Shown here: positions 42,759 to 53,275 of the stretch, piece after piece
How positions within the stretch are numbered: position 1 is the stretch's first letter
How the letters are laid out: each line of letters opens with the position of its first letter
DNA from: an uncultured Clostridium sp.
GTDB taxonomy: Bacteria; Bacillota; Clostridia; TANB77; CAG-508
DNA length: 64,000 bases
Direction of reading: 5' to 3'
Assembly: GCA_948468045.1 (NCBI GenBank)
Contig: CAOKGO010000001.1
Span: 15,215 to 79,214 of the forward strand
Program-made: the position numbers and the translations under genes
The notes under the pieces: model-generated
What the model was told of the DNA's origin: nothing
The model's database searches: none
The model's input: the letters and a program-made list of their open reading frames with translations, nothing else

Positions 42759-43617
42759 CTCTTCTCCAATAAAATAAATATTGCTGTGCTAGTCCTGCTA
42801 AATCACCAAATTTCTTTGTTGCTATTTGTTCTATTTGCCTTTTTGTTACTTTTGTTTCATCTAAATTTTTAAAATATAAGTCATTCATTACTCTTCTTAC
42901 CCATACATCAATAGGAAATACTTCAAATCTTTTTAATGTAGAAAATAGTAATATGCAGTCTGCAACTTTTGGACCTATTCCAGATAATGTTAGTAATTGT
43001 TCTCTTACTTCTATGGTATTTGGGTTGTTTTGCATTTTTCTTAAGTCTACTTTTTTATTTAAAATCATTTGGGTTGTTTCATATATCCTTTTGTCTCTAA
43101 ATCCTAATCCTAAGTCTCTGTATTCTTGTACTGTTACGTCTTTTAGTTCTTCTGGTGTTGGGAATGTGTAGTATTTCTCACCTTTAAATGTGATTTCTTT
43201 TCCATATGCTTTTGATAGTCTTTCAATAATTCCTTTTATTCTTGGTATGTTGTTGTTTGCTGAAATTATAAATGATATTATTGTTTCCCATAAGTCTTGG
43301 TTTAAAATTCGAATTCCTTTACCATATTTTATGCTTGTTTCCATGTTTTTGTCTATTTTTGATAATGTTTCTTTTATTTTTTTATAATCTCTTTTTAGGT
43401 CAAAGTATTGTTCTACTGTTTCTTCTAAGTCTTTTTTGCAAATTCCTTCTACTATAATTTCTTCTTTTTCCTTTTTTATATTTAATACATTTTGCCCAAA
43501 TATTCCTGTATAACTTCCGTCTTTTTGTATGTTCCAACGAAAACATTGGCCACATTCAAATATGTCTTTTGGTTCAAATGAATCTATATTTTTTAATATT
43601 ATTTTTTGTTCTTTCAT
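42745..43617 (-). CDS. HhH-GPD superfamily DNA glycosylase (8-oxoguanine glycosylase type)
   Basis: LSGIGPKVADCILLF helix-hairpin-helix and PIDVWVRR. Confidence 0.8.
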   Translation of the reverse strand: MKEQKIILKNIDSFEPKDIFECGQCFRWNIQKDGSYTGIFGQNVLNIKKEKEEIIVEGICKKDLEETVEQYFDLKRDYKKIKETLSKIDKNMETSIKYGKGIRILNQDLWETIISFIISANNNIPRIKGIIERLSKAYGKEITFKGEKYYTFPTPEELKDVTVQEYRDLGLGFRDKRIYETTQMILNKKVDLRKMQNNPNTIEVREQLLTLSGIGPKVADCILLFSTLKRFEVFPIDVWVRRVMNDLYFKNLDETKVTKRQIEQIATKKFGDLAGLAQQYLFYWRREMRQ

Positions 43618-43713
43618 TTTTGTTTCTCTCCTTTAAAGTGATTATACTACATTTTGTTTTATTTTTAAATATTTAATAATATATTTTTGTTATGATTTGA
43701 AAATTTGACACTT

Positions 43714-44552
43714 TTATGTTTTTTTAAATCCTAACCCTAATACTTCTCTTGAGTTTGTTATTACTATGAAGCATTTTGGATCTATTTTTCTTGCAATCAT
43801 TTTGATTTTTGCAATGTCTCCTCTTGAAGCTGCACACATTAAAATTAGCTTTTTTTCGTTTGTGTACATTCCTTTTCCAAAAAGCCCGTGTTGTTCCTCT
43901 TTTTATCTTTTCTCCTATTTTTTGGGCTATTTCTTCATTTTTATCTGATACAATTAGCAATAATTTAGTAAAATATATGCCCTCAAATAAAATGTCTATC
44001 ATTTTACCCATTAAATAAATCGTGATTGCTGAATATAAACCAATTTCAATTTCTTTAAAGAAGAATACATTTAAACTAACAATTACTACATCTATTAAAA
44101 TAATTGTTCTGCTCATACTAATTGTTGGCTTATATTCTTTGGCAATATAGCTAATTAGGTCTGTTCCTCCTGTTGAAGAATTTACTTTTAAAATTATTGC
44201 TGTTCCGAAGTCCTATTATAATTCCACCATAAATACAAGCTAGAAATCTGTCATTTGTTAATGGTTGTATTTTATCTAGTATATCAATAAATATTGATAA
44301 TGATATTGTTCCTATCATTGATTTTATGAAAAAGTTTTTTCCTATTTTGTAAATTGCTATGATAAATAATGGGATATTGATAATTACTATCATTATTCCC
44401 ATTGGTATTTTTAGCAAGTAATATGTTATTGTTGCTATACCTGTTATTCCACCTGATGATAGTTGATTAGGTAGTAAAAATAATGCTACTGCTATTGACA
44501 TTATGAATGAGCCAAGTATTGTTCCTGTAATTTCTAATATTGTTTTTTTCAT
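43714..44552 (-). CDS. YitT-family membrane protein with DUF2179 C-terminal domain; continuous only if the C of two in-frame CGG codons is skipped
   Basis: CTT [C]GGA gives ..GIIIGL-G-TAIILKVNSSTGGTDLISYIAKEYKPTISMSRTII... ACA [C]GGG gives ..KIKRGTT-G-LFGKGMYTNEKKLILMCAASRGDIAKIKMIARKIDPKCFIVITNSREVLGLGFKKT*. RBS AAGGTGG precedes ATG 44552. Confidence 0.8.
43886..43888 (-). other. In-frame CGG at +1 site (YitT gene, second site, hidden inside ORF 43724..44116)
   Basis: (44116-43888) is divisible by 3. The 0 frame gives low-complexity basic sequence. The +1 frame gives the conserved DUF2179 tail ending at 43714. Confidence 0.8.
44205..44207 (-). other. In-frame CGG at +1 site (YitT gene, first site)
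   Basis: (44564-44207) is divisible by 3. GGA at 44206 is in phase with ORF 43724..44116. Confidence 0.85.
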
Positions 44553-44623
44553 ACAAAAAACCACCTTTATAGTAGTTTTTACAAATATTGGTGGCTTTAT
44601 ACATATTTGTTATAGATTTGATA

Positions 44624-45679
44624 TTATTCTTCTAAAAAGTCTTGGTATGTTTTTGTTACTTCTATTTTTGATTTTCCTTGTTTTATAGCTTCATCTTGTT
44701 TTAATATTAAATCTACATCATATGTTTCTTTTAATTTTAAAATGTTTTCTTTTTTATGTCCAATTACATTGTTACTGTCAATTGGGTTTATTGTTACTTC
44801 TACTTCTTTTACTTTAACATTTAATTTCTTTATTTTTCCAACAATTGCATCATACCACGCAGCAGATTCTACTAATTGCCTAAATGCTGGATGATAAGGG
44901 CCTGCTACTACTTCACTTTGTTTACTTTCTGGTTCTGCTATTTCGTCTGTGTTTTGAAGTCCTACTCTAATTACCTCAATTTTTTTGTCTGCAAACATTC
45001 TAACTAATTCTTTGCAAATTTCAACTGCTTGGACTAATGGTAATGGCTCATATTTTCCTTGCTCTAGTTCTTTTTCAAGTGGTGTGTTTTTTATTACTAG
45101 TACAGGATATATTCTTACCATTTTTGGTTTTAGTTTTATTAGGGCTTTTGCTGTGTTGATTTCATCAATTCTTGTGCTTTCTGGTAATCCTACCATCATT
45201 TGATGACCTAGTTTAAAACCGTTCCAACGTATCATTTTAGATGCCTTTTTTACATCATTGAAGTTATGACCTCTATTGCTTCTTTTTAAAATGTAGTCAT
45301 TTGCTGATTGAACTCCTAGTTCTATTGTTTTTACTTTGTATTTTTTTAGTCTTTTTAATATTTCTTTGTTTATTGCATCTGGTCTTGTTGATATTCTAAT
45401 TGATTCTACTTTTCCATCTTTAATATATTCATATGCTGTTTCTAATAATTCTTCTTGTATTTTCTCTTCTATTGCTGTAAAACTTCCTCCATAAAATGCG
45501 ATTTCTACTGTTGCTTCTTCGTTTACAATACTTTTTAAGTAGTCATCTATTATTTTTTTTGCTTCTTCTTTTGTCATGTTCTTTTTTTGCCCACTTATGG
45601 ATTTTTGGTTACAAAATATACAATCATTTGGACAACCTAAATGTGGTACAAATATTGGTATGATATATTGTTTTTTCAT
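44624..45679 (-). CDS. Radical SAM domain protein
   Basis: CPNDCIFC (CxxxCxxC) near the N-terminus; 351 aa. Confidence 0.75.
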   Translation of the reverse strand: MKKQYIIPIFVPHLGCPNDCIFCNQKSISGQKKNMTKEEAKKIIDDYLKSIVNEEATVEIAFYGGSFTAIEEKIQEELLETAYEYIKDGKVESIRISTRPDAINKEILKRLKKYKVKTIELGVQSANDYILKRSNRGHNFNDVKKASKMIRWNGFKLGHQMMVGLPESTRIDEINTAKALIKLKPKMVRIYPVLVIKNTPLEKELEQGKYEPLPLVQAVEICKELVRMFADKKIEVIRVGLQNTDEIAEPESKQSEVVAGPYHPAFRQLVESAAWYDAIVGKIKKLNVKVKEVEVTINPIDSNNVIGHKKENILKLKETYDVDLILKQDEAIKQGKSKIEVTKTYQDFLEE

Positions 45680-45728
45680 AATAATTTCATTCCTTCTTTC
45701 TGCATATATTGGTTGAAAAATTATTTTT

Positions 45729-46397
45729 CTATTTTAAATCTTCTAATGCCTTTTTAGCTGCTTCCATATGTGCTTCTTTTTTACTTTTACCCTCTCCACT
45801 TGCAAGTAGTTTTCCATTACAACTTACTTGTGCTTCAAAGTATTTATCATGGTCTGGTCCTTTTTCTTGTGTTATTTTATATTCTATTTTTACTTCTCCA
45901 TGTTCTTGAAGTTTTTCTTGTAGTACTGTTTTGTAATCTCTATCTCCTACATGTTTTGTGGCTTGCTCAATTTCATCTTTTAAATTGTCTATAATGAATT
46001 TTTCTGCCTTTTCTATGCCTCCATCTAAGAAAATTGCAGCAATTACTGCTTCTACACTATCTGCTAAAATTGCTGGTCGCTTTTCTCCACCTGTTTTTTT
46101 CTCTGATTTACCTAAATATAAGAAATCACTAAAATTATGCAGTGTAGCTATTTTATATAAACTCTTTTCGCAAACAACTGCTGCTCTAACTTTAGTCATT
46201 TCTCCTTCTTGTAATTTTGGATAGGTTTTAAAAAGATATTTGCTAGAGATAAACTCTAATATGCTGTCACCTAGAAATTCTAGTTTTTCATTACTGTCTA
46301 CTTTGTTTTCATATGCATAAGATGTGTGTGTTAATGCTTTTTTTAGTAAGTTTTTGTCTTTAAATACATATCCTATACTTTCTTCTATTTTGTCCAT
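45729..46397 (-). CDS. rnc: Ribonuclease III
   Basis: NEKLEFLGDSILE signature and a C-terminal dsRBD (GPDHDKYFEAQV..GEGKSKKEAHMEAAKKAL). Confidence 0.9.
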   Translation of the reverse strand: MDKIEESIGYVFKDKNLLKKALTHTSYAYENKVDSNEKLEFLGDSILEFISSKYLFKTYPKLQEGEMTKVRAAVVCEKSLYKIATLHNFSDFLYLGKSEKKTGGEKRPAILADSVEAVIAAIFLDGGIEKAEKFIIDNLKDEIEQATKHVGDRDYKTVLQEKLQEHGEVKIEYKITQEKGPDHDKYFEAQVSCNGKLLASGEGKSKKEAHMEAAKKALEDLK

Positions 46398-46493
46398 TTT
46401 TTCACCTCGCTTATATTATATACTATTTTGTGAATTTTGCAAGTGGCAATTGCTTCAAGTTTTTATTTTCCGCAATCAAAGGTTACATAAAAA

Positions 46494-46523
46494 TGTCGCA
46501 AAAGAAACGTCCCCAACGCGACA
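46494..46523. terminator. GGGAC-core hairpin (TGTCGC/GCGACA, core ACGTCCCC) followed by tandem AACGCGACAC x2
   Basis: Inverted repeat; sibling of 11558 and 39077. Confidence 0.5.
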
Positions 46524-46629
46524 CAACGCGACACGTAATGAAACTGTAAAGAACATTTAATATTACTGAAATAGATTATTTGGCTTTTTGTAGTATAATT
46601 AATTTAGTTTATACTAAGGAGATTTGTAT

Positions 46630-47733
46630 ATGAATGTTGAAACAGAATTAAAAAAAGATGGAATTGAAGTTATAGAAATGTTAAATACATTGAAGATTAA
46701 TTCTATTGCAAGAAGTATATCTCAAAAAATTTGTGATGCTTTCCCTGAATATGGTTTTAATCAAAATGATTTGTTTATTAAATTATCTAGGCTTAATATG
46801 TATAAGGCGAAAATGCCTGATGGGATGGCTGAAGCTAATTATTTTTATAAAAATACCTCAATTTATTTTAATGAACATATTGCAGATGAGGATTTAGAAG
46901 AATTTGCTATTCATGAGTGTATTCATTATCTTCAAGAGGTAAAAGATAAGAAGAATTATTTAATTAGAATGGGACTTTGTGATTATACTGAATTTAAGGT
47001 TTATGGATTGGGACTAAATGAAGCTGCTGTTCAATTGATTTCTTCTAAAATTAATGGTATTCCTAAAGAGTATGTTAAATATTTTGGTATTAATTTTGAA
47101 ACAAATAGTCCATCTTACTATCCTTTGGAGTGTTGTTTGGTTAATCAATTGGCTTATATTGTAGGTGAAGATGTTCTTTTTGAAAGTACTTTAAAAAGTA
47201 CAGATAGTTTTAAATTGGCTTTTTCTGAACTTACTTCTCCTAAGGTATATATGGCTATTCAAAATGCTGTTGATGACATTCTTTACCATGAAGAAGAAAT
47301 TATTAAGATTAATAATAAGATTGCTCAAATTGATGATAGAAATAAAAGAGTTGATGGCATGATTAAGAAAATTGATGAATTAAAAAATGAAATCACTTTG
47401 ACTTTTATGAGAACTCAAAATTTAATTATTTCTAGCTATTTTGATACTGCCTTTGAGCGTATTGTAGATTTAGAGGGTGTTGAGGCATTTAGAAAAAAAT
47501 TATATACATTTAGAGATTATCTTGGGTTTACAGAGGGTTATACTTTTTTTAATGATTATTATATTTCAAAGATGGAAGAGTTGGAAGCTAAATATAATTT
47601 AATAGAAAATGGACAATTTGAGACTGCTTTAAAAGTTATTACTAAAAGAGATAATATGTTTATTCGTATTTTAAAGGCTTTCAAGAAACTTATTGGTGTT
47701 AGCCAAAAAGAAAAAGAAAATATACCTAATTAA
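46630..47733 (+). CDS. Hypothetical protein with an HExxH motif (possible metallopeptidase)
   Basis: AIHECIHYLQ. AGGAG is 8 nt before ATG 46630. Confidence 0.5.
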   Translation: MNVETELKKDGIEVIEMLNTLKINSIARSISQKICDAFPEYGFNQNDLFIKLSRLNMYKAKMPDGMAEANYFYKNTSIYFNEHIADEDLEEFAIHECIHYLQEVKDKKNYLIRMGLCDYTEFKVYGLGLNEAAVQLISSKINGIPKEYVKYFGINFETNSPSYYPLECCLVNQLAYIVGEDVLFESTLKSTDSFKLAFSELTSPKVYMAIQNAVDDILYHEEEIIKINNKIAQIDDRNKRVDGMIKKIDELKNEITLTFMRTQNLIISSYFDTAFERIVDLEGVEAFRKKLYTFRDYLGFTEGYTFFNDYYISKMEELEAKYNLIENGQFETALKVITKRDNMFIRILKAFKKLIGVSQKEKENIPN

Positions 47734-47753
47734 GTTACAAAACAAAAGGATGG

Positions 47754-48755
47754 GTGGAGATTGCTTTGAAAAATTTTAAAGTTGCTATTGTTGGTGCAAC
47801 AGGTCTTGTAGGTAGGTCTGTTATACAAGTATTAAATGAGAAAAATTTGCCTATTGAAAGTTTTGGTTTATTTGCTACTAAAAAATCTGCTGGAGAATTT
47901 TTTTCTATTTGTGGTAAAGAATATGTTGTTGAAGAATTAACTGAAAATTCTTTTGATAGTGGTTTTGATTTTGCTATTTTTTCAGCTGGTGGAGAAACTT
48001 CTAAAAAGTTTGCTCCAATTGCTGCTTCAAAGGATTGTATTGTTGTTGATAATAGCAGCTATTTTCGTATGAATGATGATGTGCCTCTTGTAGTTCCAGA
48101 AGTTAATTTAGAAGATGCTTTTTTAAATCATGGAATTATTGCTAATCCTAATTGTTCAACTATTCAAGCAATGCTTCCTTTGAAAGCATTGGAAGATAAA
48201 TATCGCATTAAAAGAGTGGTTTATTCTACTTACCAAGCTGTATCTGGGGCTGGAAAAGACGCTTTATGTGATTTGGAAAATATCGATAATAGTAAGCCTT
48301 TGAAAAAGTTTCCATATCCTATTTTTAATAATTGTTTGCCACATATTGATGTATTTGTGGAAAATGGTTATTCAAAAGAAGAAATGAAAATGATTGAAGA
48401 AACTAAAAAAATTTTGCATAGGCCAGATTTAAAGGTTACTGCTACAACTGTAAGGGTTCCTGTTCAAAATTCTCATTCTGAATCAATTAATTTGGAATTT
48501 GAAAAAGATTTTGAGATGTCTGATTTGCTTTCTACTTTAAGAAGTTTTCCTAATTTGATTTTACAAGATGATTTAAGTCAAAATTTATACCCTATGGCTA
48601 TTAATGCAACTGGTCATGATGAGGTTTTTGTTGGTAGGGTTCGTCGTGATGAAAGTATAAGTTCTGGCATAAACCTTTGGGTTGTTGCTGATAATATTCG
48701 CAAAGGGGCTGCTAGTAATGCAATTCAAATTGTGGAAAAATTGATGGAGAGATAG
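47754..48755 (+). CDS. asd: Aspartate-semialdehyde dehydrogenase (start uncertain: GTG 47754 or TTG 47766)
   Basis: VAIVGATGLVG, NPNCSTI and SGAG motifs. Confidence 0.9.
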   Translation: MEIALKNFKVAIVGATGLVGRSVIQVLNEKNLPIESFGLFATKKSAGEFFSICGKEYVVEELTENSFDSGFDFAIFSAGGETSKKFAPIAASKDCIVVDNSSYFRMNDDVPLVVPEVNLEDAFLNHGIIANPNCSTIQAMLPLKALEDKYRIKRVVYSTYQAVSGAGKDALCDLENIDNSKPLKKFPYPIFNNCLPHIDVFVENGYSKEEMKMIEETKKILHRPDLKVTATTVRVPVQNSHSESINLEFEKDFEMSDLLSTLRSFPNLILQDDLSQNLYPMAINATGHDEVFVGRVRRDESISSGINLWVVADNIRKGAASNAIQIVEKLMER

Positions 48756-48827
48756 TTTTCTTGTATGTTTTATAATAAACCTCTTAAATTATGAAAAGTT
48801 TTATAATTCATAATTTAAGAGGTTATT

Positions 48828-50592
48828 TTATATAGCAGTTAAAGTTACTGGAGCTTTAATAGAAACTCCATAGGTGCTGTTAGTTCTTTGTAATTCAATA
48901 CGAATATAATGTTTTCCTAAAAGTGAAGAAACATCTAAGTCTAAAGATATATTAGCATCCTCGCGACTATCATACCAATTAAAATCTTGATATATACTTC
49001 TTTCAACATTCCCTGCTGAATTTAGAGCCTTTAAAGTAATTTTTCCTGCACTCCCTGTATCTGACCATCCAATACATCTTAATTTTATAAAAGCAAAATT
49101 TGTTAAATCAAACATTTCATTACTTTGCATATAAGCTAAATTTTCTGTTGAATATAAATTTATACCATATTTAGTATCCTCCTCATGACTCCAACCATCT
49201 GGCCATTTGTCATATTTACCGTGGAGATATCCCGCTTCTATAAGAAAGACTAAATATGGAAACTGTTTGAGCAAAATATACACCATTTGATACTGTTTCT
49301 GTTTTATTTTCTTCATTATCACAACTTAATATATGCAAATACAAACTTCCTCTTGTAGTTGATGTTATAGGAATACTTGATGTTATTCCTGATAGTGTTG
49401 AAGCTGTATCCCAGTTGCTTGCATTAATTCCTAATTTACTTTCTGAATTGTTTATAATGTATTTGCAATTTTCTATATTTATACCACTTTGGTCATCACT
49501 TACTTCTACTGTTGCTGTTACTGTATTTCCTATATCTACTCTTGTTGATGTTAATGTTATTTTTGCATCATTTGGTGGCGTTTTATCAACTTCGTTTACA
49601 ATAATTGCTTGTTTTGATATAGATTCCTTTTTATTTCCTGCATTATCTACTGTTAAGATATGCAAGTAATAAGCTCCTGGATTTTCACATTTTAAAGTTA
49701 AATCTTCTGGATTTGTTGTAAAGTTTCCACCTGTGTATTCATTTTCATTTGTTCCAATTTCTTCTTTTTGGGTTGTATATATCCACATACAATTTTTTAT
49801 ATTTACATTGCTTACTCCGTTATCGCTTTGACTTACTGTTGCTGTAATGGCTTTTGCTGTGTTTGTTATTTTCCCACTAAAATTAATTGTTGCATCATTG
49901 GGAAGTTCTTTGTCAATATTTGTTATATTTTCTGTTGCATTTCCACCTATCTCGTCTAGCTCATTTATTAATCTTGCAAAGATTGGACCATTTTGTCCTA
50001 CTAATATTGGTTTTTCATAATTTGTCCATTTGCTTCCATCTGTTGAATACTGCAAAGTATATTTTTTTAGTTCTATGTTGACTATTATTTCTACTGTTAT
50101 ATCTTTATTTGTGTATTTTTCTTTTGGAATTAGGTTAAATGTTATATCACTTTCTTGTAAGTCTGGTGGTGGATTTTGTCCTTGCGTTCCTATGTATTTT
50201 ATTTCATTTTCTGTTATTTTATATACATATTTTTCTTTTGTTACTACATTTATAATTTCATCATTTTTTCTATTAACTTCCGATTCTTTAAATTTATCTT
50301 CTTTTTTTATTTCTTTTGTAAATTCATCTAAATATGTTTTTGTATCCCAATTATTTATAATTTTATTTGGTTGAAGTCCATTTCCTATTATTTTTAGAAT
50401 TTCTTCATATTCTTTCTTGTTGGTTTCTTCTTTAGCTATAGTTGACTTTGATAAAATTCCATTTTCTCCTGTTATGCTCACAATTGATATTCCTGCAAGT
50501 ATTAGCAATACTATTATTGTAATCACTAATGCTATTAAAGTAATACCTTTGCTTGTTTTTTCTTCGTTTTTTGTTTTTATTACATTAATCAT
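48828..50592 (-). CDS. Large pilin-like protein, paralogue of 30026..31517; continuous only if the C of an in-frame CGG is skipped
   Basis: N-terminus KGITLIALVITIIVLLILAGISI. CCA [C]GGT gives ..SYRSGISP-G-KYDKWPDGWSHEEDTKYG.. joining ORFs 49216..50592 and 48828..49322. Confidence 0.7.
49219..49221 (-). other. In-frame CGG at +1 site (pilin-like gene 2; 0 frame reads CGG TAA)
   Basis: (50592-49221) is divisible by 3. GGT at 49220 is in phase with ORF 48828..49322. Confidence 0.75.
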
Positions 50593-50933
50593 TAATATAA
50601 TTCTCCTTTATTTCTTTTGTTCTACTATTTTTAGAAAATAGCTGTAATAATTTCTTTAAATATTGTATCAATATTCAAAATTATGTCAATAAGTTTTTAT
50701 GCCTTGTCTTGTTCTCTCAAAAATTGCCCAATAATTAAAAAGAATATTTGGATTTATGTGTGAGACTAACAATTTTAGTGATATAATACAGTAAAAGAAA
50801 AAAATTATTCATAATAAGAGGGTATCCTAAAATGAACTCTTACCATTATAGTTAAATAAAACGAAAATTTATGGCATACTAAAATTCATCCATAAATCTT
50901 CGTTCTTGTAAATTAATAGGCTATATTTATTTT

Positions 50934-52108
50934 TCATTTTATTAATTTTTCATGTAGTTCTTCTATTATTGTATTTTCTATTTTTTTAACTATTATTTCT
51001 ATTTTTGATTGGGTTAAGTTCATATCTGTTATTTGTATGTTATGTTTTTGTAGAATTTTTATTGCTCTATTTAATACTGTATTGTCTTGTGTTATTCCAT
51101 AACCTACAATGCTTAGTTTTTCAATTTCTTTTTGCCTTAACAAATAATTTGGATAACTACTGTCTAATAGTTCTTGTACTTTGTTTTGTTCTGATTTTTT
51201 TATTCTAAATTCAATTTTTTGCTTTTCTTTTTGGAAGTTTTCTACAATTATATTGTTTTGTAATAAATTTTGATAGATATTATAAAATTCTTTTTCTTCT
51301 ATTTCTTCTTCTTTTTGCATTTCGATAATTACTAGTTGGTTACTTTTTACTATACTTTTTACTTCTGAACTTTCAATTTGTTCACAGATTTTTGTTCCGG
51401 CCTTTGTTTGTGAATGTTGATTTTGCAATTATACTACAATTGAATTTTTTTCCCATTTGTATACATCTGTTGTGCAAAACTTTTGCTCCACTGTCTGAGA
51501 TTTCCTGCATTTCGTCAAATGATATTTCGTCTAATCTTTTTGCCATTGTAATCATATTTGGGTCTGCTGAATAAATTCCGTCTACATCTGAAAATATATA
51601 GCATTTGTCTGCTTTTAATGCTACTTGCAATGCTACTGCTGTTGTGTCTGAACCTCCTCTTCCTAATGTTGTGATATCATCTTTTTCGTCAATGCCTTGA
51701 AATCCTGCTACTACTATGATGTTTCCTTTTTCAAGTTCTTGTTCCATTCTGTTTATTGCAATTTGCTCAATTTTTGCACTTGTATGTACTGAATTGGTTT
51801 TTATTCCAGCTTGCCATCCTGTTAATGATACTGCTCCGATATCCTTTTCGGTTTAGTAATATTGCTAGTTTTGATGCTGTTATTTGCTCTCCTGTCGATA
51901 AGAGCATATCCATTTCTCTTTCATTTGGAATTGCTGATAGTTCTTGTGCTTCTTTTATTAGTTGATTTGTTGTTTTTCCTTGTGCAGATACGACAACTGC
52001 TACATTTTTTACTTCTTTTTTTATGCTAATGATTTTTTCTGCAACAACATTTAATTTTATGTTGTCTGCTACTGAGGTTCCTCCGAATTTTAATATGACT
52101 GTGTTCAT
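50934..52108 (-). CDS. lysC: Aspartate kinase; continuous only if the C of two in-frame CGG codons is skipped
   Basis: The gene is split into three ORFs. KFGGTSV start, junctions ..NRKGY-G-AVSLTGWQAGIKT.. and ..STFTNKG-G-TKICEQIES.., GRGGSDTTA motif, C-terminal ACT region. RBS AAAGGTG precedes ATG 52108. Confidence 0.85.
51397..51399 (-). other. In-frame CGG at +1 site (lysC, second site, GGC [C]GGA)
   Basis: (51747-51399) is divisible by 3. GGA at 51398 is in phase with ORF 50934..51428. Confidence 0.85.
51836..51838 (-). other. In-frame CGG at +1 site (lysC, first site, TAT [C]GGA)
   Basis: (52117-51838) is divisible by 3. GGA at 51837 is in phase with ORF 51382..51747. Confidence 0.85.
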
Positions 52109-52656
52109 TTTCGTCACACCTTTGTTATTTTAAGTTACTAAAATGTAATATGATGTTTAGTAATTGCTTTTTACTTTTTAGTTACTTAATAAAACTCTAT
52201 CTAATTTTAAATAGTGTTATTCTTCTGTTGCTATTATAGTATATTTTTTATTTAGTTTCAAGGATTAACAAAAAATTAACAAAAAACTATTCTGCTTTAA
52301 ATTCTCCTGTAAGAATACTTCCTTTTGTTACTGTTCCTTGTCCTCCTGCTCCTCCACCAGTTGCTTGTCCTGCTATACCAATTAATCCTTTAGATGCATT
52401 TCCACCATTAGCTGTAATTGTATCAATATTCAAAATTATGTCAATGAATTTTTACCTCTTCTCTTATTTCTCGCAAAAAGAAATAGGTTTGGAGGCGTAA
52501 ACAAAATCAGAAGAACCTATAAATTCAGTAAAATAGCCATATTCAAGACTTCGTATTCCTTAACGTACAGCTATTGTACAGCATATTTTAAAATTATTGC
52601 TTAAAAACAGTATAAAGCATTACTTTAGTATATTTATTAGTTTTTTTCTTCATAAT

Positions 52657-52965
52657 TTAGCTTAACCTTTTCACTCCATTATACTTATGGCAGTTTTCGT
52701 TTCCCCGACAACTTATTTTAGCCTTGTAAAATATATCTCCGTCAATACATACGTTTGGGCATTTTTGAATTTGTTCTATTTTATTACCTTCCTTTGCACC
52801 ATGAAAGTAAAGTAAAATATCATTTCCATTCTTTTTTATTCCAAAAGAAACTGGCACAATATATGGATAGTCATTTCCTCTAAAAGCAATTCTTAATACA
52901 TTACATCTTTCTAATACATCAACTATTTTGTTAAAATCATTAATTTCACGACTTTTTAATCTCAT
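52657..52965 (-). CDS. Pyridoxamine 5'-phosphate oxidase-family protein, apparently C-terminally truncated
   Basis: MRLKSREINDFNKIVDVLERCNVLRIAF..PYIVPVSFG..LYFHGAKEGNKI. All three frames stop within about 15 codons after the in-frame CGG at 52705..52707. Confidence 0.55.
   Translation of the reverse strand: MRLKSREINDFNKIVDVLERCNVLRIAFRGNDYPYIVPVSFGIKKNGNDILLYFHGAKEGNKIEQIQKCPNVCIDGDIFYKAKISCRGNENCHKYNGVKRLS
52705..52707 (-). other. In-frame CGG (PNPOx-family remnant); frame choice not decidable
   Basis: (52965-52707) is divisible by 3. The 0 and +1 frames both end shortly afterwards. Confidence 0.5.
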
Positions 52966-53065
52966 GATATAGCTCTCCTATAATTTTTTTATACTAATGC
53001 TTTTTAGTTAGTTAGTTATTTCAAAAATCATTTGACTTTTCCTAAAAATCTGTGTATAATATAGA

Positions 53066-53166
53066 TAGAAAATGAGAAACCATAGTCAAATATGGTTACC
53101 ACTTGTAAAAAGTAATAACGGCACATTCCCTTAGGTCAAAAAGTAGAATGTGCTGTTATTTTTATT
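53066..53166 (+). ncRNA. Candidate antitoxin-type small RNA of convergent module 3
   Basis: Promoter is TTGACT (53032..53037), 17 nt ending in TGTG, TATAAT (53055..53060). Terminator is AATAACGGCACATT..AATGTGCTGTTATT plus a T-run. Confidence 0.55.
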
Positions 53167-53275
53167 CCTTATCTATAATTTTATTAACATATTGTATGTA
53201 ACAAACTGTCAATAAGGCTACGTTTAGAGTAACTGATGCCATTAAGGCTAATATTAAGAATAGTATAAAACTCAT
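53162..53275 (-). CDS. 37-aa hydrophobic peptide, type I toxin-like (MSFILFLILALMASVTLNVALLTVCYIQYVNKIIDKE)
   Basis: SD GAGGTGGTG. Promoter is TTGTAT-17-TATAGT (53380..53385 / 53357..53362). Paralogue of 15802 and 16769. Confidence 0.6.
   Translation of the reverse strand: MSFILFLILALMASVTLNVALLTVCYIQYVNKIIDKE

Noticed and set aside
52109-52290. Possible lysine riboswitch (L-box) or T-box leader upstream of lysC
   Set aside because: The 5' region is extremely AT-rich, with none of the G/C-rich conserved helices expected of an L-box. No specifier or T-box sequence was seen.
52488-52500. A third copy of the tRNA-Cys att-like core (TTTGGAGGCG at about 52488; GGAGGCG also at 60208)
   Set aside because: Only 7-10 nt match, which is too short to distinguish from chance. 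Noted only because both lie in scarred regions.
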